From positions 1-64,000 of the IMG/VR virus record IMGVR_UViG_3300027749_000060: 64,000 nucleotides of DNA; one strand, written 5' to 3'. The notes beneath the pieces are model-generated. The model was not told where the DNA came from and searched no databases. It saw only the letters and a program-made list of their open reading frames with translations. Within the stretch, counting starts at the first letter, position 1, and every line of letters starts with the position of its first letter. This stretch comes from a virus. The position numbers and the translations under genes were made by a program. Shown in pieces: positions 54,385-64,000 of the stretch.

Positions 54385-54759
54385 ATGACTACATACAAAG
54401 GATTCAGTACTTACAACAGAATGCGTAAATTTACGCTAACTGACTTTGACTTGATTAAGCAAGATTTATTTAATCATTTTTCAATTCGCAAAGGTGAAAA
54501 ACTAATGAATCCAAAATTTGGGACAATTATTTGGGGTCTTTTATTTGAACCAATGTCCCCGGATATTAAAGCATTAGTGTCCCAAGACGTTAAAGAAATC
54601 ATTGACTACGATCCAAGAATTTCGGCTGATAGAATATCAGTGACTGAATTTGAACACGGGATTCAGATCAATTTGAATATACGTTATGTATTAACGAATC
54701 AAACTGGAACAATGGCGTTAAAATTTAGTAGAGCTTCAAATCAATTAACTTATAGTTAA
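54385..54759 (+). CDS. gp25: Baseplate wedge subunit (gp25-like)
   Basis: RKGEKLMNPKFG.....LLFEP...I..YDPRI. Confidence 0.9.
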   Translation: MTTYKGFSTYNRMRKFTLTDFDLIKQDLFNHFSIRKGEKLMNPKFGTIIWGLLFEPMSPDIKALVSQDVKEIIDYDPRISADRISVTEFEHGIQINLNIRYVLTNQTGTMALKFSRASNQLTYS

Positions 54760-54779
54760 CAACCCACTTTTATTACATA

Positions 54780-54786
54780 ATAAATA
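54780..54786 (+). promoter_or_regulatory. Late promoter core (ATAAATA)
   Basis: 20 nt upstream of the gp6 ATG. Confidence 0.6.
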
Positions 54787-54806
54787 TATGAACAGAGTCT
54801 TATAAC

Positions 54807-57800
54807 ATGGCTATTATATCTCGACAAACCGGACTGCTCGCAGCAGAAAACTGGAAAAAAATCTATCAGACCTTCCGCGAGGCCGATTTTACTACCTACG
54901 ACTTTGAAACTCTGCGCAAGAGTATGATTGATTATATCAAGCTATACTATCCTGAGGACTTTAACGATTTTACAGAAAGTAGTGAATTTGTTGCATTGAT
55001 TGATTTAATAGCATTCATGGGGCAAAATTTAGCATTTAGGACCGATTTAAATGCTCGAGAAAACTTTATTGACACTGCTGAACGCAGAGAAAGTATATTA
55101 AAACTAGCAAAATTGGTTAGCTACAACCCTAAAAGAAATGTACCGGCTAGTGGATATTTAAAAATTGAAAGTGTAAGCACTACCGAATCGCTATTTGATA
55201 GCAATGGATTTGATCTAAGTAATACTATTATTACTTGGAATGACCCAGCTAATGATAATTGGCTAGAACAATTTACTACCATTTTAAATGCATCGTTGGT
55301 TGGTAGCCAAATAATAGGAAAACCTGCTCATAGTCAAGTTATAAATGGAATTATGACTGACGAATACAGCATAAACAATATAACTACTGCGGTTCCTATT
55401 TTCAGATTTGAAGCAACAATTGAAGATACTACATCTTCATTTGAAGTGGTTAGCGGAACAAGTTTAGGAAAAACATATATATACGAAGCTGCGCCCGACT
55501 ACGAAAAAGCGTTTAATGTTTTGTATAGATCTGACAACAACGGCAACTCCAGTAACAGTACAGGATTTTTCTTTTATTTCAAACAAGGCGAAATGTCTAG
55601 TTTTGATTTTAATATACCCGAGGCTGTGCCAAACAAAGTTGTTAGCATTGATATTAACAATATTAACAATACTGATGTATGGTTATATAAATTAAACACC
55701 GACGGTACAACGCAATCACTATGGTCGGCTGTTCCTTCTACTACTGGTATTAACATTATATACAACAAAGTTGAAGATAGAAATTTATATCAAATTGGTA
55801 CAAGAACATCAGACCAAATTAACTTAACTTTTGGTGACGGATCATTCTCAAATGTGCCACAAGGCGACTTCAGATTATACTATAGAACTAGTAATGGATT
55901 AAATTATAAAATAACACCCAACGAGATGCGATCTATTGCTATATCTATTAGATATATTAGTAGAAAAAATAGGCCAGAAACAGTTACAATTCGTGCTAGT
56001 TTAAAATATACAGTAGTAAATGCAGTACCAACTGAGTCAACAGATGCAATAAGACAAAAAGCACCACAACAATATTATACGCAAAATCGTATGATAACCG
56101 GTGAAGACTATAACATATTGCCTTACACATCTTTCAGCAATATTATTAAAGCCAAGTCTATTAATAGAACTAGTAGCGGTTTAAGTAGGTATCTTGACAT
56201 GTTAGATACAACTGGAAAGTACAGTAGCACTAATACATTTGGTCAAGATGGTGCAATTTACACTGAAAATTTCATAAACACATTTTCGTTTGGATTTGTA
56301 TCTGCTAACGATGTTCGTAAAATTGTATATAATCAAATAATTAATAAAATTATTCCTGATAAAAGATCGTTGCATTACTATTATAAAAATTTAACAATTA
56401 TTAATTCTGCTAATAGCTTAACACCGGCTACTGCTTTGGTTACAGGTAGACGTTATATCATTAATAAAGTTGGCGTCACCGACTTTACCCTATTAGGGGC
56501 TAGTAGGAATGCACCGGGCGTTAATTTTATAGCAACTGATCATGACACAAGAGATCCTAATTATTTTGCAACAACAGTTGGTCAAGCAATAGAGGCATCT
56601 ATATCTTGGCATTTAAGTACGGTAGGAAGTAATAGCTCAAATGGATATTTCATTGGACCTGCGTTTACTCCTTTATCGGTTCGAGCATTGGGGTCTGTAG
56701 CAAAATACCTCAGAGCAGGTGCAATAATAAGATTTGTTGCTCCGAACGGTAGTTACTTCAATGCAGGAAATAACTTAATAACAGGAGCACCGGTTGGCCC
56801 TGAAGATAAACTTGAATTATATGCGGCTGTGGTTGATATCATTGGTGATGGTACAAATGATGGATTGGGTAATTTTACCAATGGTGCAGGGCCAGTATCA
56901 TTGAACACTAAAATACCTACAGGGGCTATAATTAAATATATTGTGCCAGCATACAAAACTAATTTTGGAGCAGGATTTACAACCGCATTAGTTAATAATA
57001 TAACATCTTATAAGAATTTTGCTATATTATATAATTCAACAATGCAAAATTGGCAATTAGCAAGCCCAACAGACATAACAAATGATAAATGGTCAATTAA
57101 ATTTGATTACAGCAATGAAAATGGAACATATCTTGTTAGTTATAAAGGTATTAATTATATCTTCTATAGCCCAATGGAAACCACATTTTACTATGATCAA
57201 GCATTAAAAGTATATGATAGTAAAACAGCAAGTGTGATATACGATCATATAAAAATACTTGGAACGAATCCCGGGCCCGACTCACCAATGCCAATTGGAA
57301 AAACAGTTGTATGGGATGTTTTAGACAAAGTAACTAATTCGGATGGTACCATTGACAGTAGTAGAATATATATAACATATTCAGATTCTGACAATGACGG
57401 AGTTCCTGACGATCCAAACATATTTAACATAGTGGTTAATCCAGAAGTGAATCCAATAAGCAAATTGGTATTTTTTGAATTAACTACAAGTACAGGATAT
57501 ACAAAATACGTAAACTTGGATATATTAGATCTGTCAAGAGTTACTACGCAGTTCAATACAAGGTCACAAATTGTTGCCGTATCGGCATCTTACTCAGTGG
57601 GAGATATATTTTATGCGCCCGGCGATGATGCATTTTATTCAATTTTGCATTCAAAGACCGAAAACGCTAACTATGTTAGTGAAAGTTTAACAAAATACAA
57701 ATATTTTACTGGCAGACAAAATCTGAATTATCAATATAGACATAATTCTCCTAATACACGTAGGATTGATCCTAGTGTTAGTAATATTATAGATATATAT

Positions 57801-58352
57801 CTTCTAACATCTGCATACGACACCGACTATAGAGCATGGATCAACGATACATCAAATTCAATTAGTCAGCCGTCACCGCCTACTAGCACTGAGTTATCGT
57901 TATCGTTCTCAGGACTAAATGAAATTAAATCAATCAGCGACACTGTTGTATTTCAAAATGCAATATATAAACCTATTTTTGGATTAAAAGCTATTAATAA
58001 TTTACAGGCAATATTTAAAGTTGTAAAAAATCCAAATTTGAATATCAGTGATGCAGATATCAAAGTGTCTGTTATTAATGCTATAAATGACTATTTTAGT
58101 ATTGACAATTGGGACTTTGGTGAAACATTTTATTTCAGTGAATTGTCTGCCTATTTACATCAAATTTTAAGCCCTAACATTGCTAGTATTATTATTGTTC
58201 CAAGAGATAGTACAATTAAATTTGGTACTCTTTATCAAATTAATGCAGAGGCAAATGAAATTATTATTAGTGCTGCTACAGTTGAAAATGTCGAAATCAT
58301 AAGCGCAGTTACGGCAATGCAATTAAATCAAGGCGTGTCCCTGACTTATTAA
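54807..58352 (+). CDS. gp6: Baseplate wedge protein (gp6-like)
   Basis: DFETLR..M..Y, E.F.DTA.RRES...LA....Y.P, L.FGDG....P, ES...IR..AP..YYTQNR..T.EDY, FGE.FY.SEL. Confidence 0.9.
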   Translation: MAIISRQTGLLAAENWKKIYQTFREADFTTYDFETLRKSMIDYIKLYYPEDFNDFTESSEFVALIDLIAFMGQNLAFRTDLNARENFIDTAERRESILKLAKLVSYNPKRNVPASGYLKIESVSTTESLFDSNGFDLSNTIITWNDPANDNWLEQFTTILNASLVGSQIIGKPAHSQVINGIMTDEYSINNITTAVPIFRFEATIEDTTSSFEVVSGTSLGKTYIYEAAPDYEKAFNVLYRSDNNGNSSNSTGFFFYFKQGEMSSFDFNIPEAVPNKVVSIDINNINNTDVWLYKLNTDGTTQSLWSAVPSTTGINIIYNKVEDRNLYQIGTRTSDQINLTFGDGSFSNVPQGDFRLYYRTSNGLNYKITPNEMRSIAISIRYISRKNRPETVTIRASLKYTVVNAVPTESTDAIRQKAPQQYYTQNRMITGEDYNILPYTSFSNIIKAKSINRTSSGLSRYLDMLDTTGKYSSTNTFGQDGAIYTENFINTFSFGFVSANDVRKIVYNQIINKIIPDKRSLHYYYKNLTIINSANSLTPATALVTGRRYIINKVGVTDFTLLGASRNAPGVNFIATDHDTRDPNYFATTVGQAIEASISWHLSTVGSNSSNGYFIGPAFTPLSVRALGSVAKYLRAGAIIRFVAPNGSYFNAGNNLITGAPVGPEDKLELYAAVVDIIGDGTNDGLGNFTNGAGPVSLNTKIPTGAIIKYIVPAYKTNFGAGFTTALVNNITSYKNFAILYNSTMQNWQLASPTDITNDKWSIKFDYSNENGTYLVSYKGINYIFYSPMETTFYYDQALKVYDSKTASVIYDHIKILGTNPGPDSPMPIGKTVVWDVLDKVTNSDGTIDSSRIYITYSDSDNDGVPDDPNIFNIVVNPEVNPISKLVFFELTTSTGYTKYVNLDILDLSRVTTQFNTRSQIVAVSASYSVGDIFYAPGDDAFYSILHSKTENANYVSESLTKYKYFTGRQNLNYQYRHNSPNTRRIDPSVSNIIDIYLLTSAYDTDYRAWINDTSNSISQPSPPTSTELSLSFSGLNEIKSISDTVVFQNAIYKPIFGLKAINNLQAIFKVVKNPNLNISDADIKVSVINAINDYFSIDNWDFGETFYFSELSAYLHQILSPNIASIIIVPRDSTIKFGTLYQINAEANEIIISAATVENVEIISAVTAMQLNQGVSLTY

Positions 58353-58372
58353 AATATTACAATAGGTAAACA

Positions 58373-61300
58373 ATGGCAACTAGAAAGACACTAAATCTTC
58401 TTCCGAGTATATTTCAAACGGAAACCAATAAGAAATTTCTTGGTGCAACACTAGATCAATTGGTCAGCGAACCAGATATTTCCAAGTTCAATGGATTTAT
58501 AGGAAGAAAGTTTTCACCGGTTAATAAACCTAGTGATAATTTTATCAACGAGCCTACAGTTAGCAGAGAAAATTATCAATTTGAACCGGCTGTTGTTATT
58601 AAAAATACTAGTAATGGTATTGACCTATATGCAGATTACCAAGACCTATTAGAAAAAGTTGCAAATCATGGCGGGATAACAGAAAATCATAATAGATTAT
58701 TTGAATCAGAATATTATAGTTTTAATCCTAGAATTAATTTTGACAAATTTATTAACTATACCAGATATTTTTGGTTACCAACAGGTACCGATCCTGTAAC
58801 AGTATCTGCAGGCACACCCGGCAATGATAGAACATTTGTCATTACTAGAAATGATCCAGGCGGTTATGCTACTATAAATCAAGACTCCACTCCAAATTCA
58901 ACTATAACATTAGTACGTGGCGCAGTATATAAATTTAACGTCAACCAGCCCGGTGCCAAATTTTGGATTCAAACAGAAGTTGGTATAGATGGCTTTAAAG
59001 ATTTTAATCAAACTATCTCTACTAGAGATATTATTGGCATTGAAAATAACGGTGCCGAATCCGGAACTATTACTTTTACTGTGCCAGACAAAGATTCGCA
59101 AGATTATTATTTTAAAATGCCATCATTGGGATTTATTGATTATGCTATTAGTGAACCGTTCTCTGCAATTGACGGTCAGTTTTGGGTAAACGGTAATAAT
59201 GCAATGGATCAAATTGAAGGTTCAACTCGATATCCACAAGGTTATTATGTTGTTTTTACATCAACTAGTACAAATCCTGATAACTGGATTGATTATACGG
59301 GTAATCCAGTACCAATAGATAAACGACATGGTCTTTGGAAAATTACTATTAATCAAAATTCTAAAATACAAATGGAGTTTGTTAGAACAATACCGTTGGG
59401 GTATAAAATTAGAATTAATTATGGAGCAAATGCTGGTAAAGAATTCTTTAAAAATTCAGGAGATAATTTAGTACTATCTCCTCCAATTACTGCACCTTTA
59501 TCAACATTGTTTTATCAAGACGAAAACAATGAATCTATAGTGGGAAAAATCAACATTGTTGATTTTCCGGGTAATGCAATTAATGTTAATTCGGATATAT
59601 TGGGCAAGGTTACATACACTAGTCCTAACGGTGTAGTGTTTACCAATGGGTTAACAGTTGTTTTTGATAACACTGTATTTCCTAATTCGTATCGCAATTC
59701 AAAATATATCATTGAAGGTGTTGGAAAATCAATTAAATTAATTGATATAATATTATTAGAATCTGTTGAGAGCGTTGACACGAAATCTAGTGTGCCATTT
59801 GATCAAGAACCATTTGATACTCTTGGATTAGATCAACCAATAGCAAACAGTGTCGCTATACCCGACTATATTGTTATGAATAAATCAACAACAGATTTAA
59901 ATGCATGGGCTCGCGGCAATAGATGGTTCCACGAAGATATAATTGCAAAAGCAGCTGAATATAATAAAACAACAGTAAAGATTGATCCAACTAAAAGAGC
60001 AAATAGACCAATCATCGAATTTGAAGAAGATTTACAATTATTTAATAGTGGAAAGAACTTTCTTGCTATAATAGATAGGGCCGACACTAATTTTGTAGGA
60101 ACTGGCGAAAAAATATTAAATGCATACACTGATGTTAATGACAAATATGTCAATGATGCGTCTATTAGACGTTTAAATTATATAGAAAATCAAGTAGCTA
60201 TTTTCCCCAATGATATTAGTAGTAATGTTAGAAATGCATTATTTAGAATTGAATTTAAAAATCAAACTACTGCAACATCATTTAATGGAGTTGGCACCGG
60301 ATATGTTAACATACGTCAGGGATCAAATCGAGTTTATGAAAAAATATTAGATGGTAATAGAACAACATTCAGAGATCAATATATACCGGGTACATTGTTA
60401 TATGCAGTGGATAATACGTATATTGGAAAAATAAAATCAATTTTTAGTAACAACGAAATGATTTTAGAGTCGCCTGCATTAGTGACTCGTAACGAAGTAG
60501 TTGTAAAATTTAATTATCCTAAAATTACTTTACGCAAAATAAAGACAGCAGTCAATAATGATTCGGTGGTTGTCAGGACTGGACTTAATCAAAAAAACAC
60601 ATTCTGGTTAAATTCAGGAGTCTGGGCATATGCACAATATAAAAAAGATGTTAACACTCCTATTAAATTTGATGTAGTTGATAAAGATGGCATTAGTTTA
60701 TCTAGTCCATCTAAGTACACCGAAAGTAAATTTGCTGGAACAACTGTATTTTCTTATGACATAGGCAGTAGTATATCAGATCCTATACTTGGTATCAAAT
60801 TGCGGTATACTGGCATAGGTAATTCAATATCAGATATCAATTTTGTAAATTCTTTTGAAACTGATACATTTACATATAAACCATATGATTATAAAACATT
60901 AAATATTTCGTCGATTGGGTATTTAAGTAAACGCACTGGAAGAAATACTTATAGCTTGCTCACTGTTTGGCAATCTATATCAGAGCCTACAAAACAATAT
61001 CAACATATAGCAGATTTGTCCGATGGTACAACTAACTATTTTGAAATTGATATACTGCCCGGTGATATAGTAAATCAGCCAAACATAAAAGTTTTTGTTA
61101 ATAATGTACTAATTAAAAATGAAGATTTTGTTATAGAAACGGTAGGGATCAGACATGCTGTTAATATATTAACTACAGTCCTTGACGGTGATAAGATTGA
61201 TATATTAATTTATAATAAAAAATCAATTAGTGATCTTGGTTATTATCAAATTCCAAGTAACTTAGAATTTAATGCACAAAACTATGATATAACAAACGTA

Positions 61301-64000
61301 ACACTAGGACAACTCAGAGGGCATTGGAATGCTATTGGAAAAAATACTATTGGATTAATTGGAAATCCTATTTCATCAAATAATCTACGTGATCTGAATA
61401 CTAATGCACAAAATGGTTTAATTCTACAACACTCGGCGCCTACAATTTATGCATCGTTGTTTTTAATTGATCCGCATCTTAATTTTATTAATAGTATTGA
61501 ATTTGCACGTAGTGATTATTCAAAATTTAAAAATAAGTTTTTAGAACTATGTGTAAACACACCGGGGCTTCCCCGTAATAATACACCAGCTGGTGTTGAT
61601 ATGATATTAAAAATTATCAACGGTGTAAAAAATCAAACATTTCCGTGGCATTATTCAGATATGATTCCATGGGGCGATGATGTTGTATTAGATACATATA
61701 AAATAATTAATGCACAGACTAGACTGTATACACTGAATAATATATATCTATCGCCAATTGGCGATAAAATGTATCCAAAAAATGGTCCATCAAATTGTGC
61801 TGTTCTTGTTTATCTTAATAATAGATTATTAGTCATTGATGTTGAATACACCATTACTAATGGTAATCCTTATATTACTATTAGTGATAGTGTGTTATTG
61901 TACGAGGGTGATTTACTTACAATAAAAGGTTACAAAAATACTGACGGTAGTTATGTGCCCGAAACACCTACTAAAATGGGAATGTATCCTAAATTTGTTC
62001 CAAGTATATTTGTAGATACAGCATTCAGAACACCTATAAATGTAATACAAGGACATGACGGAAGTAGACTTCCAGTTTTTAATGATTTGCGGGACGACTA
62101 TCTACTAGAACTTGAAAAAAGAATATTTAATAACATTAAAGTAGAATACAATGCTGAATTATTTGATGTATTTACATTTGTACCCGGCAAGTTTAGAAAT
62201 AATGACTATACCAGGCTTGAATTTAATGAAGTATTAAATTCTGATTTTTTAAAATGGATAGGAACTAATCAACTAGACATTGGCAGCAATGAATATTTCT
62301 TATCCAATAACGAATTCAGCTGGAATTATAATCAAGCATCTGATTCTATTAATGATGAATTGTTGCCAGGTTATTGGAAAGGAATTTATCAATATTTCTA
62401 TGATACGTGTCGCCCGCACACACACCCATGGGAAATGTTAGGACTACAAAATAAACCAGTCTGGTGGGAACCTACATATGGCGCCGCCCCCTATACACCT
62501 TCCAAAACTCAAATGTGGACCGATTTGGCATATGGATTTAATCGCGGCGATCGTACCACTAATACACAATATGCAAGGCCTGGATTATTGAAAATTATTC
62601 CAGTTAATGATGCCGGGGAATTATTACCTCCGGTGTCTAAATTAGTAAAGAAATATAATGGGACTACATTTAATCAAAGTTATGCAATAGGAGATCAAGG
62701 GCCAGTTGAGTCGGCCTGGAGAAATACCAGCGAATATGTATTTTCATTACATCGTGCAATAGCGTTATTAAAACCTGCTAAGTATTTTGGATTATTTTTT
62801 AATACCTCTTCGTATATCAACGATCCGGTAATAAATCAGTATGTTTTAAAAAATAATAAAAAGAGAATAACTCCAGAGTCGTTGCTAATTAACGGAGAAG
62901 TAGTGTCAGGTGCAATAACCAGATCGTCAAGTTACGTAAATTGGATACATGGTTATCTGACTAATTTAGGAATTAATGCTGCACAAAAAATAAGAACTAC
63001 AATTAGTAATCTGGATATTAGACTAGGATATAGGATGTCTGGTTATAGTGATAAATCTTATTTCACTGCTCTGGTAGAACAGTATAGTCCTAACAGTGTA
63101 AATCAATCTGCTATTATTCCATCTGAAAATTACATTGTTCATTTAAATAAAAGCTCGCCTATACGTAGTGCAACCTACAGTGGGGTTATTATTTCTAAAA
63201 CTACAGGCGGTTATGTTATCAATGGATATAATTTAAAATATCCTTATTTTACAGTTATACCTAGTTTAATAAATGGCAATTTTTATAGAATTGAAGCAGT
63301 AACAGCAACTGCAATTATATATAAAGATTACATTGATCAAAAAATAAATGTACCGTATGGATTTGAATTTGGTTCATCGCAAGAGTTAGTTGACTTTTTA
63401 GTTGGCTACGAACGATTTTTAATGTCCCAGGGTTTTATATTTGAAGCATATGATTCAGATCTTGGTGAAGTAAAAAATTGGATACTAAGTGCAAAAGAAT
63501 TTTTAGGTTGGACTTTGCAAGGGTGGAACGAAGGTAATATATTAGTATTAAGCCCAGTTCATTACACACTACAATTGTTTTCAACTGATTCAGTTGTGGA
63601 TACAGTCATTGGGCAAACTTCTAATACTCAAGTATTGGGACCAAATTTTAATGTTATCAAAGCCGACGAAATTGCAGTATTAAAAGAACCGGGACGTACA
63701 ACTGTTACTGTAATTTCTGGACAAACTATTGCATTTATAGAATTGCAGTTGGTTCAATATGAACATGTATTAGTATTTGACAACACAACTGTGTTTGCTG
63801 ATGTTATATATAAACCAGAATTGGGCAGTCGACAGTATAGATTAAAACTAATTGGATCTAAAACCACTGGGTGGGACGGATCATTAAACATACCTGGATT
63901 TATTTACAACACAGGATATATTGAACAATGGACCCCTGGCAGAGATTACAAAAAAGCAGATATTATTCAATATAAAAAACAAAACTATACAGCTATAGCA
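58373..64000 (+). CDS. Giant baseplate/structural protein (gp7-like position), partial
   Basis: Not in the ORF track, consistent with having no stop in the window. ATG at 58373 after AGGT; reads MATRKTLNLLPSIFQTETNKKFLGATLDQLVSEP...; segments read by eye are open to the window end (up to 1876 codons), but not every codon was checked. Confidence 0.8.
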   Translation, partial: MATRKTLNLLPSIFQTETNKKFLGATLDQLVSEPDISKFNGFIGRKFSPVNKPSDNFINEPTVSRENYQFEPAVVIKNTSNGIDLYADYQDLLEKVANHGGITENHNRLFESEYYSFNPRINFDKFINYTRYFWLPTGTDPVTVSAGTPGNDRTFVITRNDPGGYATINQDSTPNSTITLVRGAVYKFNVNQPGAKFWIQTEVGIDGFKDFNQTISTRDIIGIENNGAESGTITFTVPDKDSQDYYFKMPSLGFIDYAISEPFSAIDGQFWVNGNNAMDQIEGSTRYPQGYYVVFTSTSTNPDNWIDYTGNPVPIDKRHGLWKITINQNSKIQMEFVRTIPLGYKIRINYGANAGKEFFKNSGDNLVLSPPITAPLSTLFYQDENNESIVGKINIVDFPGNAINVNSDILGKVTYTSPNGVVFTNGLTVVFDNTVFPNSYRNSKYIIEGVGKSIKLIDIILLESVESVDTKSSVPFDQEPFDTLGLDQPIANSVAIPDYIVMNKSTTDLNAWARGNRWFHEDIIAKAAEYNKTTVKIDPTKRANRPIIEFEEDLQLFNSGKNFLAIIDRADTNFVGTGEKILNAYTDVNDKYVNDASIRRLNYIENQVAIFPNDISSNVRNALFRIEFKNQTTATSFNGVGTGYVNIRQGSNRVYEKILDGNRTTFRDQYIPGTLLYAVDNTYIGKIKSIFSNNEMILESPALVTRNEVVVKFNYPKITLRKIKTAVNNDSVVVRTGLNQKNTFWLNSGVWAYAQYKKDVNTPIKFDVVDKDGISLSSPSKYTESKFAGTTVFSYDIGSSISDPILGIKLRYTGIGNSISDINFVNSFETDTFTYKPYDYKTLNISSIGYLSKRTGRNTYSLLTVWQSISEPTKQYQHIADLSDGTTNYFEIDILPGDIVNQPNIKVFVNNVLIKNEDFVIETVGIRHAVNILTTVLDGDKIDILIYNKKSISDLGYYQIPSNLEFNAQNYDITNVTLGQLRGHWNAIGKNTIGLIGNPISSNNLRDLNTNAQNGLILQHSAPTIYASLFLIDPHLNFINSIEFARSDYSKFKNKFLELCVNTPGLPRNNTPAGVDMILKIINGVKNQTFPWHYSDMIPWGDDVVLDTYKIINAQTRLYTLNNIYLSPIGDKMYPKNGPSNCAVLVYLNNRLLVIDVEYTITNGNPYITISDSVLLYEGDLLTIKGYKNTDGSYVPETPTKMGMYPKFVPSIFVDTAFRTPINVIQGHDGSRLPVFNDLRDDYLLELEKRIFNNIKVEYNAELFDVFTFVPGKFRNNDYTRLEFNEVLNSDFLKWIGTNQLDIGSNEYFLSNNEFSWNYNQASDSINDELLPGYWKGIYQYFYDTCRPHTHPWEMLGLQNKPVWWEPTYGAAPYTPSKTQMWTDLAYGFNRGDRTTNTQYARPGLLKIIPVNDAGELLPPVSKLVKKYNGTTFNQSYAIGDQGPVESAWRNTSEYVFSLHRAIALLKPAKYFGLFFNTSSYINDPVINQYVLKNNKKRITPESLLINGEVVSGAITRSSSYVNWIHGYLTNLGINAAQKIRTTISNLDIRLGYRMSGYSDKSYFTALVEQYSPNSVNQSAIIPSENYIVHLNKSSPIRSATYSGVIISKTTGGYVINGYNLKYPYFTVIPSLINGNFYRIEAVTATAIIYKDYIDQKINVPYGFEFGSSQELVDFLVGYERFLMSQGFIFEAYDSDLGEVKNWILSAKEFLGWTLQGWNEGNILVLSPVHYTLQLFSTDSVVDTVIGQTSNTQVLGPNFNVIKADEIAVLKEPGRTTVTVISGQTIAFIELQLVQYEHVLVFDNTTVFADVIYKPELGSRQYRLKLIGSKTTGWDGSLNIPGFIYNTGYIEQWTPGRDYKKADIIQYKKQNYTAIA

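Noticed and set aside
1-64000. Alternative genetic code (stop reassignment) as seen in some large phages
   Set aside because: Standard-code ORFs are long and tile the window densely; TAA, TAG and TGA all occur at credible gene ends.

Overview
A 64-kb AT-rich segment of a large T4-like (contractile-tailed, probably jumbo) phage genome, covering most of the virion morphogenesis region. 1-31413 (minus strand): fibre, appendage and other virion structural genes, including a collagen-like fibre and a ~20-kb block of five very large multidomain proteins. 31508-42618 (minus): a pirin-like gene, the head module (major capsid gp23, scaffold gp22, protease gp21, acidic core protein, portal gp20) and a tape-measure-like gene. 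42675-43741 (plus): a gp26-like chaperone with an apparent -1 frameshift extension. 43742-48608 (minus): a cassette of gp55-like late sigma factor, gp47/gp46 (Mre11/Rad50-like), a PD-(D/E)XK resolvase-like nuclease and a ~450-nt non-coding, highly structured element. 48716-64000 (plus): baseplate module (tube initiator-like, gp53, hub, gp5 with lysozyme, gp25, gp6 and a giant ORF running off the end). T4-type late promoter cores (TATAAATA/ATAAATA) precede most structural units. The strongest candidates for new biology are (1) the pseudoknotted large ncRNA candidate directly behind the nuclease gene, (2) the lambda G/GT-like frameshift in the gp26-like gene, and (3) non-canonical translation initiation (probable AUU start of the late sigma gene, several leaderless mRNAs, structured leaders). 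All protein assignments come from motif recognition and gene order, not database searches. No tRNA, rRNA, CRISPR array or transposase was seen.
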